Shown here: piece after piece, positions 29,085-41,096 of the stretch
How positions within the stretch are numbered: the first letter of the stretch is position 1
Layout: each line of letters opens with the position of its first letter
Origin: Macrostomum lignano
Lineage: Eukaryota
Assembly (NCBI GenBank): GCA_002269645.1
Contig: NIVC01001852.1
Location: 62,001 to 126,000 of the forward strand
DNA length: 64,000 nt
Direction: 5' to 3'
The notes under the pieces: generated by a model
What the model was told of the DNA's origin: nothing
Databases searched by the model: none
What the model saw: only the letters and a program-made list of their open reading frames with translations
Position numbers and translations under genes: made by a program

Positions 29085-30900
29085 GACAGACAGACACTGC
29101 AACAGCAGACAGACACTGCAATAGCAGACAGACACTGCAACAGCAGACAGACACTGCAACAGCAGACAGACACTGCAACAGCAGACAGACACTGCAATAG
29201 CAGACAGACACTGCAACAGCAGACAGACACTGCAACAGCAGACAGACACTGCAATAGCAGACAGACACTACAACAGCAGACAAAGACTGCAACAGCAGAC
29301 ACTGCAACAGCAGACACTGCAACAGCAGACACTGCAGACAGACACTGCAACGGCAGACAGACACTGCAACAGCAGACAGACACTGCAACAGCAGACAGAC
29401 ACTGCAACAGCAGACAGACACTGCAACAGCAGACACTGCAACAGCAGACACTGCAACAGCAGACACTGCAGACAGACACTGCAACGGCAGACAGACACTG
29501 CAACGGCAGACAGACACTGCAACAGCTGACAGACACTGCAACAGCTGACAGACACAGCAACAGCAGACATACACTGCAACAGCAGACAGACACAGCAACA
29601 GCAGACGTACACTGCAACGGCAGACGTACACTGCAACAGCAGACAGACACTGCAACAGCTGACAGACACTGCAACAGCAGACAGTCAGACACTGCAGACA
29701 GACAGACACTGCAACAGCAGACAGACACTGCAACAGCTGACAGACACTGCAACAGCAGACAGTCAGACACTGCAGACAGACAGACACTGCAACAGCAGAC
29801 AGACACTGCAACAGCTGACAGACACTGCAACAGCAGACAGTCAGACACTGCAGACAGACAGACACTGCAACAGCAGACAGTCAGACACTGCAGACAGACA
29901 GATACTGCAACAGCAGACAGTCAGACACTGCAGACAGACAGACACTGCAACAGCTGACAGACACTGCAACAGCAGACAGACACTGCAACAGCTGACAGAC
30001 ACTGCAACAGCAGACAGTCAGACACTGCAGACAGACAGACACTGCAACAGCAGACGTACACTGCAACAGCAGACACTGCGGACAGACAGACACTGCAGAC
30101 AGACAGACACTACTACAGCAGACACTGCAGACAAACTCTGCAACAGCACACAGACACAGCAACTGCAGACACTGCAGACAGACAGACACTGCAACAGCAG
30201 ACAGACACTACAACAGCAGACAGACACTGCAAAAGCTGACAGACACTGCAACAGCAGACACTGCAGACAAACTCTGCAACAGCACACAGACACAGCAACT
30301 GCAGACACTGCAGACAGACAGACACTGCAACAGCAGACAGACACTGCAACAGCTGACAGACACTGCAACAGCAGACAGTCAGACACTGCAGACAGACAGA
30401 CACTGCAACAGCAGACGTACACTGCAACAGCAGACACTGCGGACAGACAGACACTGCAGACAGACAGACACTACAACAGCAGACAGACACTGCAACAGCA
30501 GACAGACAGACACTGCAGACAGACAGACACTACAACAGCAGACAGACACTGCAATAGCAGACAGACACTGCAACAGCTGACAGACACTGCAACAGCAGAC
30601 AGTCAGACACTGCAGACAGACAGACACTGCAACAGCAGACAGACACTGCAACAGCTGACAGACACTGCAACAGCAGACAGTCGGACACTGCAGACAGACA
30701 GACACTGCAACAGCAGACAGTCAGACACTGCAGACAGACAGATACTGCAACAGCAGACAGTCAGACACTGCAGACAGACAGACACTGCAACAGCTGACAG
30801 ACACTGCAACAGCAGACAGTCAGACACTGCAGACAGACAGACACTGCAACAGCTGACAGACACTGCAACTGCAGACAGACTGCAACAGCAGACACTGCAG
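29085..30900. repeat. Compound minisatellite (GCAACAGCAGACAGACACT variants) in ARIH2 intron 2
   Basis: About 15-19-bp units and higher-order blocks. Confidence 0.95.
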
Positions 30901-31324
30901 AAAGAAAGATACTACAGACAGTCAGACAGACACTTAAAACAAAGAGACAGGCGGTCAGACAAGATAGGTTCAGTTGGACAGCTAGATATGTACAAAAAAG
31001 ACAGGTTCAGATATAACAGACAGACCTTCTATGGTAGTCCACACAATCCACACATAGAAGACAGCAGGTCCAGACAACAGAAAATGCAACTTCAGACAGA
31101 CAGGTAAGGAAATACCAACAACCAGGTCCAGACATGAAAGACAAACAGACCCAGACATAAAAGACAGGCAGGTCCAGACGACAGCAAAGACAACTTCAGA
31201 CAGACAGATAACCAGATCACAAAAGCCAGCTTGTTTGAATACTGTCGAAACGCAGTTTTTGAAAGTCTGTAAATGCTGTCATCCTAGTTAGCACCAAAAC
31301 GAACACTCGAACCTCCCAATCCAG

Positions 31325-31786
31325 GACTGTCCAAAATGCGGAGTTTGCATCGAAAAGAACGGCGGCTGCAATCATATGCAGTGCTTCAAGTGCAGATTCG
31401 ATTTCTGCTGGGTTTGCCTCGGCGACTGGCGTCAGCACGGCAAAGATTTCTACGAGTGCAGCAAGTACAAAGAGAATCCGTCGATGCTTAGCGAGGCCGC
31501 CGCAGGCGCCCAGGCTCGCGAGGCGTTGCGCAAATATCTGCACTATTTCACCCGCTGGGACAATCACGGCAAGTCTCTGCGATTGGAGGCCGACGCTTTG
31601 AAAAAGATTCGCGACCGAATTGAAGAGCGCGTCATGCTGAGCGAGGGCACCTGGATTGATTGGCAGTACCTGATTGTGGCGGCTGAGATGCTGCGCCGGT
31701 GCCGCTACACCCTGCAGTACACCTACCCGTACGCCTATTTTCTGCCTAAGGGTCACGTGCGCAAGGAACTGTTTGAGTATCAGCAG
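31325..31786 (+). CDS. ARIH2: ARIH2-like exon 3 (RING2 + Ariadne domain)
   Basis: ccaatccAG|[35 protein letters not shown]...GTWIDWQYL...[13 protein letters not shown]...LFEYQQ|GTGAGT. The catalytic Cys in GGCNH is intact. Confidence 0.96.
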
Positions 31787-31830
31787 GTGAGTTTAAGTTA
31801 AAAGTTTTCTGTACTGCCTATTGAAGACGA

Positions 31831-32262
31831 TACCGAGACAATAATAGCTGTTGAGTGCCTGCAAGCAACTCTCTTGTGATTCTAGCGACTCTTGTGACTG
31901 TAACGACTCAAAACGCGTCAAATGCGACAGAGAGGCTGAATCGTAGAGTCGCAGAATCGTAAAAGAGTCACGGTAGATTCGTCCAAGAATCTCTGTGTTG
32001 GCGCTTAACTTTCACCGGGGATGTGACTCTAATTTCATCAAGCAACGCAAATGCGCCTCAAGCACAACTTTGTGACTAGAGTGGTTTCAGAGTCGCAGAC
32101 AATAAAACGCTTTAAAGTGACTCTTAGGTGACTCTTTGACGACTTTATGGCGACCTGTACCGTGACATCTCGTAGTTTTAGAGTCTTCTAGAGTCACTTC
32201 TTTTCTATTTTACCTGAGTTTCCTGAGTTACCTGCAACGACTGAAACGACTTTGGGCCGAGG
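31831..32262. mobile_element. Dispersed TIR element (GACTCT/AGAGTC-rich), copy 1
   Basis: Shares ...ctcttagg.gact...tgtaccgtgacatctc...tttagagtc.tctagagtcacttc...ttacctgcaacgact with 35027-35441. Boundaries approximate. Confidence 0.6.
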
Positions 32263-32444
32263 CAAGGGACCTTTTTGGCCTAGGTACCATGGAAGTCATG
32301 TTGCCAATGCTTTTCAACTTTACTTGTTGCCATCCTGAAGTTGGACCCAGAATGCCAAATTAAAATTTGAGTAATCTGTAAATATGGAGTCTGCAGAATT
32401 GTTTGACTAGCTGGCATCCTGGTTTTCAATTTGGCACTACAATT

Positions 32445-32746
32445 GCGATGCCTAGTGGCTAGAGCGTTGGACTCACGACTGAAAAGTCGGAGGTTCGATT
32501 CTCGGTCCACTCGGGACAATTTGGGTCCTTGAGCAAGGCACTTAACTCTGCATTGCTTCAGTTCACCCAGCTGTAAAATGGGTGCCAGCATTAGCTGGGG
32601 TAATTGAGGCTGTGAGGCGACCCCCCCCCCAGTCCTTGGACTGAACAGCCGTACGCAGCCTTCAGATGCGCCGCGCAATAGCTGCGGCTGAGCTGTCGGT
32701 TGCACATCTGCCCATTATAGGTGTAATCAGTTATTATTATTATTAT
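32445..32746 (+). mobile_element. tRNA-derived CORE-type SINE
   Basis: A box TAGTGGCTAGAG, B box GGTTCGATTC, CORE-like CCTTGAGCAAGGCACTTAAC...CAGTTCACCCAGCTGTAAAATGGG, and a (TTA)n tail. Confidence 0.8.
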
Positions 32747-33032
32747 ATGTGATGCTTAAAAAACCCTGGCTTATCAATTTTACACTTGATAGCAAGACGA
32801 TTGAAGAGAATAAAGTTTAATATGGAGAACGGAAACGTAGAATGTCTAGCAATAGCACAAGGACGTATTAGATTAGTATAAGAGTCGTTTGAATTTTTTA
32901 AAAAAGTTGAATGAGTCGCGTAGAGTCTTGTTGGGAGACAGTTTTTGTAGCATTTTTAGCATAATATATACACTACTAACAGTAGTGTTAAGGGCAAAGG
33001 CGTTTGACTCTAACCATTTCTGTGTTCAACAG

Positions 33033-33176
33033 GCTATGCTGGAGAAAGCTGTCGAAGATCTGTCCTTCCTTATCGAGCGGGCCGATCTGTCGGATCGGTC
33101 CCATCGGGGCCAGGTTGAAAACCAGATGTTCCACTGCGAGAAGATGCGCGAATTCCTTGTTAAGGAGTTTCACTGA
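33033..33176 (+). CDS. ARIH2: ARIH2-like exon 4 (C-terminus)
   Basis: tgttcaacAG|AMLEKAVEDLSFLIERAD...RGQVENQMFHCEKMREFLVKEFH*, resembling ARIH2 AQLEAEIENLSWKVERAD...ENQMHIAE...LLKDFH. Spliced total 519 aa. Confidence 0.93.
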   Translation, partial: AMLEKAVEDLSFLIERADLSDRSHRGQVENQMFHCEKMREFLVKEFH

Positions 33177-33399
33177 CTCATTCACGCAACGACTTTTTTA
33201 CTTTGCGTTGTTTTCAATTTGTTCAAATTGTTCATGCGTAATAGATCGGAAATTCCCAGAGTGAGATGGGTATCCTAGGTGGATAGAGGTGAGTGTCCTA
33301 TGTAGATTTAGGTGGGTGTCCTATGCAGATTTACTCGTATTTGGGTGTCCTAGTCGGGGTGAGATAGGTGTCCTATGTGGGGTGAAACGGGTGTCTTAG

Positions 33400-34170
33400 G
33401 CGGAGTCAGTTGGGTGTTTTAGATGGGGTGGGGATGTGTGTTCTAGCCAGACTGAGATGGGTAATCAAAAAGGAGTGGGTGGGTGTTCTAGCCAGACTGA
33501 GATGGGTAATCAAAAATGAATGAGGTGAGTGTTCTAGACAGACTGAGATGGGTAATCAAAAAGGAGTGAGGTGAGTGTTCTAGCCAGGCTGAGATGGGTA
33601 ATCAAAAAGGAATGAGGTGGGTGTTCTAGCCAGGCTGAGATGGGTAACCTAAAAGGAGTGAGGTGGGTGTTCTAGCCAAGCTGAGATGGGTAATCAAAAA
33701 GGAATGAGGTGGGTGTTCTATCCAGACTCAGATGGCTAACCTGAAAGGAGTGAGGTGGGTGTTCTAGCCAGACTCAGATGGCTAACCTGAAAGGAATGAG
33801 GTGGGTGTTCTAGCCAGACTCAGATGGCTAACCTGAAAGGAGTGAGGTGGGTGTTCTAGCCAGACTCAGATGGCTAACCTGAAAGGAGTGAGGTGGGTGT
33901 TCTAGCCAGGCTGAGATGGGTAACCTAAAAGGAGTGAGGTGGGTGTTCTAGCCAGACTGAGATGGGTAACCTAAAAGGAGTGAGGTGGGTGTTCTAGCCA
34001 GGCTGAGATGGGTAACCTAAAAGGAGTGAGGTGGGTGTTCTAGCCAGGCTGAGATGGGTAACCTAAAAGGAGTGAGGTGGGTGTTCTAGCCAGGCTGAGA
34101 TGGGTAACCTAAAAGGAGTGAGGTGGGTGTTCTAGCCAGGCTGAGATGGGTAACCTGAAAGGAGTGAGGT
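33400..34170. repeat. 46-bp minisatellite
   Basis: Unit tctagccaggctgagatgggtaacctaaaaggagtgaggtgggtgt. Confidence 0.95.
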
Positions 34171-35026
34171 GGGCGTGCTATAAAATGGCTTGAATTTATA
34201 CAAGGTATAGTTTATTAATTCGGGTTATTTACGACCACATCTCTGAAGTGTAGTGTTGTAAAGTAAATGTTCAGTTTAAACGACGCCCATAAAACGTTCT
34301 AGAAACAGAATTTTTGCGTCTTCTCGTTAACTAATATTTATTGCTTTCTATTTTTGTAATAAGTTTTGCTAACTGTCCGTGCTACGTATAGTACGGCACG
34401 CATGAGCTCTTTTATTGTATGCAAATTATTCAGCATGCCTATAATTGGGCATAGCTCCAACTCTGTTAGTTTGTGATAGTGTGTGTCTGCTCTGTTGACT
34501 GTTTCTCCCTTAATGAGCATGTCAGATACGCTCGTTAAGTTTTACCTATGCTTGATTGGCCCCATTTTCATTTAATTATTGCAATATGCTCATTAAAATT
34601 TATTTGGGTTAATTTGCTACCCGCTTTTGCCATTAGCCGAGTAATGTTCGCTACTAAATTGTTCGCTTCGTTCAACCGAAATTCCTAATCTGGTTTAATC
34701 GCTTCTTTTCTGTAAATTAATCATGCCCAGGTTTTAAAAAGATAATTGAAGAGCAATCATAATGCTATAATTACAGTTTTATGTACATAGTGCACTGCAA
34801 TCAATACGAGCGTAGTTACAACTTTCAGAACTTTATTATGTCCTGTTGTTCGGTTCAGTCTATCGTAATTTATTATTCTGCACCAAGCATGTTTTTTTCA
34901 TAAATATTCAGGTGCCGAACTCTGAATTTATTATAATTGATTCAATTTTTTTAATCGAATCTAATTATCCGTGATTATATAATTAGTTAGATAATTTATA
35001 AACCAAACAATACCCGCTGAAAACTT

Positions 35027-35441
35027 AACCGTGACAAGAATCGCTAGAGAGTCATTGCAAACAACTCACTAATGACTCTAGCGACTGTTGAGGGATGACT
35101 GTTGAGACACGAGCGCATCACTTGAGTTGCAGAATGGTAAAAGTCGCAAAATAGTCATCCAAGAGTGGTTGTGTAATGGCGCTGGCGCTGAAGAGTAGTT
35201 GTTGTGAATGCGAAATGCAGTTCTAATTCATAAAGTGGCACAGATGCGCTTTATACGCAACTCAGTACCTCAGACACGACTCCACGGCTCCAGAGTCACT
35301 TAAACGCCTCACATTTACTCTTAGGCGACTGTTTGGCGACTTGTACCGTGACATCTCATCGGTTTAGAGTCGTCTAGAGTCACTTCTTTCCTTTTACCTG
35401 TGTTACCTGCAACGACTCTAGGACGCTTCTTGGTCTAGGTG
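35027..35441. mobile_element. Dispersed TIR element, copy 2
   Basis: Imperfect inverted ends accgtgacaagaatcgctagagagtcattgca / tgcaacgactctaggacgcttcttggtctaggt; homologous to 31831-32262. Confidence 0.6.
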
Positions 35442-35869
35442 CCGTTTTCATCGGGATAAATATTACATTGCTTCAAATATTTGTGTCTGTATAATGTGAA
35501 AATAATATATACTATTCTCTAAATATAGTTAGTCTATGCACCGTTTTTGTTTATTATTTGCTTTCCTAGTTCTACTGTGTCATTTTCCTTATTTAAATAT
35601 ATAAGAGTAGATGTTTCCTACCCTGAATTCAAGCTGTAATTAATTTTTGCTTTTTCACAGTGAATAATAAATGGGATTGGATTTAATATCCGCACTACAT
35701 TATAATCTGTGCTATCAGAATGATGTCGAAATTCTGCAAACGAAACTGACTCCTAAAGGCAGGTAATTTTTGCTCAAATTCTTTATCAATAACTTTCTAT
35801 AGTCATGTATGTCGTGTCTTCAGTTTATCTAGCTGCCTCCAAACCTCATAATCAGTTCTCTGCTTTAAT

Positions 35870-36480
35870 CAGCACCCTCCGAACTCAACAGCACCCTCGG
35901 AACTCAGCAGCAGCACCCTCCGAACTTAACAGCACCCTCCAACTCAACAGCGCCCTCCGAACTCAACAGCGCCCTCCGAACTCAAACACTCAACAGCATC
36001 CTCCGAACTCAAACACTCAACAGCACCCTCGGAACTCAGAAGCAGCACCCTCCGAACTCAACAGCACCCTCCGAACTCAAACACTCAACAGCACCCTCGG
36101 AACTCAGAAGCAGCGCCCTCCGAACTCAACAGCACCCTCCGAACTCAACAGCGCCCTCCGAACTCAACAGCACCCTCCGAACTCAAACACTCAACAGCAT
36201 CCTCCGAACTCAAACACTCAACAGCACCCTCGGAACTCAGAAGCAGCACCCTCCGAACTCAACAGCACCCTCCGAACTCAAACACTCAACAGCACCCTCG
36301 GAACTCAGAAGCAGCACCCTCCGAACTCAACAGCACCCTCCGAACTTAGCAGCAGCACCCTCCGAACTCAACAGCGCCCTCCGAACTCAAACACTCAACA
36401 GCACCCTCGGAACTCAGAAGCAGCACCCTCCGAACTCAAACACTCAACAGCACCCTCCGAACTCAACAGCATCCTACAAA
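35870..36480. repeat. Minisatellite (CAGCACCCTCCGAACTCAA variants)
   Basis: About 19-bp core with variants. Confidence 0.9.
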
Positions 36481-36810
36481 CTTTCCAGCATCCTCCCACT
36501 CATAGCACTCATACATTCTACATAGCACTCATCTTTCAAGCGCATGCAAACCTAAAAAAGACGTTAACGTCTTTGCAATGAAATATTGGCTCTAAATTAG
36601 TTCCTTATAATTTCTATCTTTAATATCTACAGTGTGTACTTGTACGAGTATTTACAAGTACTATTTATTAGTGCCAAGACAGGCAGTCAGACGCACACAC
36701 TTGCAGACTGTTTGGCCACACCCTATTTTCAGCGTTTGATGCCATAGAAATGTTGGGCCTATATTATACAGATACTAAATATACAACATCAGATAGAATG
36801 GCGTGTAATA

Positions 36811-37314
36811 TTGGTTTTGTCAGCCTAACTGAGAATAAAGCCATCCAAAGTGAGAATCCTGCCTACGCTGACTGCGAAGGGCCTGGCTGCGTGCAGCCTT
36901 AGTCTATGGGCCATAGACTATAAAGGACAAGCAAAGTGATAAAAAGCCATTCAATGTGAGAATCCTGCCTACGCTGAATACGGAGGGCCTAGCTGCGTCC
37001 AGCCTAGTCTATGAGCCATATGAGTCTAGGATTTTAACTCTTTACTTTACTGTACTGTATCATCCAGTGTGTTCCTGTTTCCGTTATTCCGTTCAAGCTA
37101 TTGGCTAGTCATATGGCTCAGAAGGTATAAAAATAAAAGAATACGACGCATAGACCAATCGATTCTCACATTAGATGGCTTTTTATCACTTTGCTTGTCC
37201 TTTATTGTCTATGGCCCATAGACTAAGGCTTCACGCAGCCAGGCCCTTCGCAGTCAGCGTAGGCAGGATTCTCACTTTGGATGGCTTTATTCTCAGTTAG
37301 GCTGACAAAACCAA
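36811..37314. mobile_element. Foldback element 1 (about 155-bp inverted arms)
   Basis: 36808-36964 is nearly the exact reverse complement of 37161-37317; TA flanks both ends. Confidence 0.8.
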
Positions 37315-37321
37315 TATAGCT

Positions 37322-37729
37322 TTTGTCATGCTATCTCAGCCTAGGGACATCCAAACTCAGCCAGCCCCATTCCGCAATGCGTTTTTTGGCTCGAGCTAGT
37401 CGAGTTTTACCATAGACATGCTTCTTAAGGCCATGCTATCTCAGCCTGGGACATGCAATCTCAGCCAATATAGATTTCAATTGCAAACAGATCTCAATGC
37501 TATCATTTCTGTAACGTGACATGAAATGGCAACAAACAGCAATGAATGAACGCAGCAAGAAAAGTCAGTAAGAATCTGAAAAGTGGCTGAGATTGCATGT
37601 CCCAGGCTGAGAAAGCATGGCCTTAAGAAGCATGTCTATGGTAAAACTTGACTGGCTTACGTAAAAAATCGCACTGTTGAGATGGGCTGGCTGAGTTTGG
37701 ATGTCTCTAGGCTGAGATAGCATGACAAA
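37322..37729. mobile_element. Foldback element 2 (about 146-bp inverted arms)
   Basis: 37322-37467 is the reverse complement of 37584-37729, with a 116-bp spacer. Confidence 0.8.
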
Positions 37730-38325
37730 TACTATACTAAACAGAGTGAATACGAGTATCTAATAACACGGTAGTGTTTCTTAATCAATTAATCGTACCG
37801 GGTTTCCTTTTCCTATGTAATTTTTTCATTTTATTGCATGTAAATCGATAAAATGTATCAACTATTTATGTTAGCAGCTTAGCTGCCATAACAATTTATT
37901 GCCCCACATATAGATATAGTAAGGTTGTAAGGTTGACTGAAGAATCATACAGTTCTAGATAAAGTTTCTGGAAAGGAAACTGACTGTAGCTTCCATATTT
38001 TCACGCTTTAAAAGATAGGGAGGCCAAAAAGCCAGGTGTCCCACCTCTATATAGTGTTATTGAAATAGTTTCTGCGAGCCTAGTTAGTAAATTATAGCTT
38101 ACTGTGTCAGTTCCAATTCCATGTAGTCTAGATAGCTAATTTTAAAACACACTGGCTGCATACTTGCCCTTGAAAACGATTTTATAAGAAAAATCGATCT
38201 AAGCTTTTGAATTCAACACTGCCATTTTAGACAGGAAATTCTAACAAATTTCAGTTTATTTTTTACGAGCTTGCAGGCCAATTCGAGAAGAAAAAAGTGG
38301 TTGGGAATGCTACGTGGACCGGAAC

Positions 38326-38333
38326 TGACGTGG
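38326..38333 (+). promoter_or_regulatory. UPRE-like element TGACGTGG next to CCGGAA, upstream of the ER protein gene
   Basis: tacgtggaCCGGAAcTGACGTGGa, with ATTGG about 45 nt downstream, about 170 nt before the ATG. Confidence 0.35.
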
Positions 38334-38503
38334 ACTGTGCTCAGTCAGACTTGGTCATCCTTTTCTGTCAGCTTCTCATTGGCGGACGCGCGGAGCTCGG
38401 GCTTCTTGTTGAGATCTACTTAAATGCCAACCCCTATTGAAATCCTTGCCTTGCTACTTTTATTGTCGGTTTTCTCACGTACGCAGAGTAACAATACGGT
38501 TCA

Positions 38504-38506
38504 ATG
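38504..38506 (+). CDS. SELENOM-like gene, first coding exon (ATG only)
   Basis: ttcaATG|GTGAGT donor; 86-bp intron 38507-38592 ending atttatacgcAG. Confidence 0.7.
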
Positions 38507-38592
38507 GTGAGTTTCATTATTCTGTTTCGAAATACATTCATTTTTCTAATATGAGTACACAAGATTTACCTATTCGATTTATTTATACGCAG

Positions 38593-39105
38593 GCAACTCT
38601 CAGGACCAGGAGCGTCGCTGCCGTCGCTGCGATCTGCTGCATTCTCTACCTGGCCTCCGTGATCACCGCTGCGTCCAATGAAGGCGACTCGCAATCGGCC
38701 CAGAAGGCCAAACGGCCCAAGTACAATGAAACTCGATTCAAGGAGGTTATCATCAGGGGCAATGTAGAATGGAATCGCACCAGAAAGGACGACGACATGC
38801 GGCCGTCCTATGCTATGCTGCACGCCCACCTGCAGTGCGGCTCCAACCTGACTAACATTAAAGAATTTGTCAAGTCGATCCTGCAGGAAGAATACTGGCC
38901 AAACGTCTACTGGAAGAACGGGCAGGACGCCAAGCCAACGCTTTACATATTCACCCAGGAGAAGAAGTACGCGCACCGGATTGATGTGCTGGACAAGTCT
39001 TCCGACGAGATCAAGGATCTGCTGAGAGGCTACGGATTCAACGGCACTCCCGATCCGCCGGAAGAAGAGGCAGAGGAGGACAAGAATACGAAGACCGAGC
39101 TTTGA
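38593..39105 (+). CDS. Sep15/SelM-family ER thioredoxin-like protein (Cys form, HxxC)
   Basis: Signal peptide ATLRTRSVAAVAAICCILYLASVITAA; WNR...YAMLHAHLQCGSNLTNIKEFVK...PTLYIF...RIDVLDKSSDEIKDLLRGYGF aligns to SELENOM (WNR...ARVETCGGUQLNRLKEVKAFV...PELVLL...RIPLSEMTREEINALVQELGF). C-terminal KTEL. No in-frame TGA. Confidence 0.75.
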   Translation, partial: ATLRTRSVAAVAAICCILYLASVITAASNEGDSQSAQKAKRPKYNETRFKEVIIRGNVEWNRTRKDDDMRPSYAMLHAHLQCGSNLTNIKEFVKSILQEEYWPNVYWKNGQDAKPTLYIFTQEKKYAHRIDVLDKSSDEIKDLLRGYGFNGTPDPPEEEAEEDKNTKTEL

Positions 39106-40690
39106 TTTTGATTCTATTAACTGCGTTGAACACATTACTCGTAGTAACTTACTTTGTGCTTTTACATGTAACAAAAAACCAAACTTAATTTTAACTAAAT
39201 AGGATAAGTACATGTAACTTAATTATTGGGGCGAGAAAATCGGTAATTAATACTACGTACTTTCAATTTATATTGTAAATGAATCAGCCATTTCTGTTGG
39301 TTTTGGAAACTGATTAAAATGACCGACTACATTTTCTGTTTTGAATCTCGGTTGCACGCGTATTTATTGTACGACCTTCTTGATAAACAAAATGCTTGCA
39401 TTGGTTAATGCCCACTTGAGGCGAGGACTGTTTGTGAATTGTCAGCTGAATATTTTGTTAAAGATACACTTTGCTGAAGTGCAGTGCTAAAGGTCTTCGA
39501 GAGATTCTGTGACTCAATTTCTTACAGGTGTACGTGCGTACTTTTGAAACTTCTCTTCTAATGCGTGCACACAATCTTTTAATTATTTGTCAACATCTGC
39601 CAGCAAGTGTATAGCGAAATATGTTAAATAGCTTCCGAAAAGTTTAATTTGTTTGATTTAATTTCACGCATACAGGCCTTCTTGTTCAGGTGCAGGTACA
39701 GCACATTTTGTATGTGTACGAGTACATGTAGTCAAATTTTTATGTACTGCATATCGGGGAATAAATGTAATTGACACACTATAGCTAGCTAGATTTTAAC
39801 AACAATGAGAAATCCAGATACAGTTGGATAAGTTTTGAGCAAAAGTCTATAGTAATATTAGTCATCTCTTCAGATTGATAATTCCCAAATAAATGGTTAC
39901 ATGTGTGTGTGCATGTCCATGCACGTCATGCTCGACAGCGGCTAAGATTATTCAAAACAAATGCTTCTGTGCAATCGCAGTTTAATGTAGCTATGCATAA
40001 AAATAAAGCCACACAAGGCTGCGTAAGTTACCCAAGCGAAATCGAATACAAGTGTGGCTTAAAATGCATGTTGCGTTTGATGAAATGAAAAAAGATTATC
40101 TGCAATATAATAGCTCTTAAATTGTTTGCACATTAACGGTTTTTTTTAAATTAAAACAAAAGAAAATATTATTTGTTTCACAATACCTTCTGATTGTATT
40201 TCAAAAGTTCAAAATTAAGTTATATTTTTTTATTTTTAGTCTTTTGTTTCAGCCGAAATTTAAGTTGTACATAAGTGGGGCGATTTTTTGGTCACTCATG
40301 TTTTCTTTTTTCTTTCTTGTTGCGTGATGCGGACTTTTGCGCGCATGCCCATGCAGTGAGAAGTCGTGTCGTTGTTCGGTTAGTCGTGAATGATGAAGAC
40401 AATAAAATTTTGTTCTTTTTGATGTAGTGTTTTTGTATTGTAATATCATACTCGTATAATCAGAAATTTGTGAATTTTGGGTAGGCCTATATGATTTATA
40501 TTTATTAAATAAAACTTTACAATTTTATCAAATCATTAATTTTGTCACCTGTAACCATACTTCATAGCCAGGTCCCGTGATTTTTATGGGGTATTTAGGG
40601 TATTTTAAATTTAAGCTCCATTTCTCTGTAACTTTGACTAAAATCCATATAATCAATAATCCATGTAGAATTTATTGTGGCAGAAGCTTT

Positions 40691-41096
40691 GGCAATCTTT
40701 TACTTTACTGCATTTAATTAATTTAACCGTTTTTTATTTCAGAACATAAAGATGGTAGGAGGATAAAAGGTGAGTGTCTTTAAGTGTTAGGTAAGTCAAT
40801 TAGTCAATAGTAATGAGCCACCCAGTACAGGAAGTTGCTAAACTCCTTTCTAGGAAAGAGCCAGCACCAGAGATACTCATTGAGATGGGTTTCAAACAGA
40901 GCTTCAGAAGTGCCATGCATTGCCCAGAACTTTGCCTTGACATGGGCCCACAACCCCTCGATGGTGTTTGTGTAGATCTATGGGTCATTAGGGTAGACAA
41001 AATTGAGTCAATGATTCACAACAGCGTGGTTCTGCAAGCCATTGTAGGCCTGCCATCTGCCAAAATTAATTAAAGGCAGTAAAGTAAAAGATTGCC
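40691..41096 (-). mobile_element. Internally deleted Merlin (IS1595/ISXO2-like) DNA transposon
   Basis: 34-bp TIR GGCAATCTTTTACTTTACTGC(A/C)TTTAATTAATTT and degenerate 8-bp TSD GAAGCTTT/AAAGTTTT. The minus strand encodes WQAYNGLQNHAVVNH*LNFVYPNDP*IYTNTIEGLWAHVKAKF...HGT...HLNEYLW, a Merlin transposase C-terminus with 2 stops. Confidence 0.85.

Noticed and set aside
28819-30863. Cys/Val/Ser/Leu-rich minus-strand ORFs
   Set aside because: Translation of the intronic minisatellite of ARIH2.
32450-32510. Possible tRNA gene
   Set aside because: No acceptor-stem closure, and it continues into a CORE domain and tail, so it is a SINE head.
35805-36581. 258-aa Asn/Ser/Gln/Pro-rich ORF
   Set aside because: A C/A-rich minisatellite with no recognisable domain or splice context. 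Coding is not excluded but is unsupported.
38566-39213. 215-aa minus-strand ORF (also 31217-31756 minus)
   Set aside because: Antisense shadows of the SELENOM-like and ARIH2 exons.
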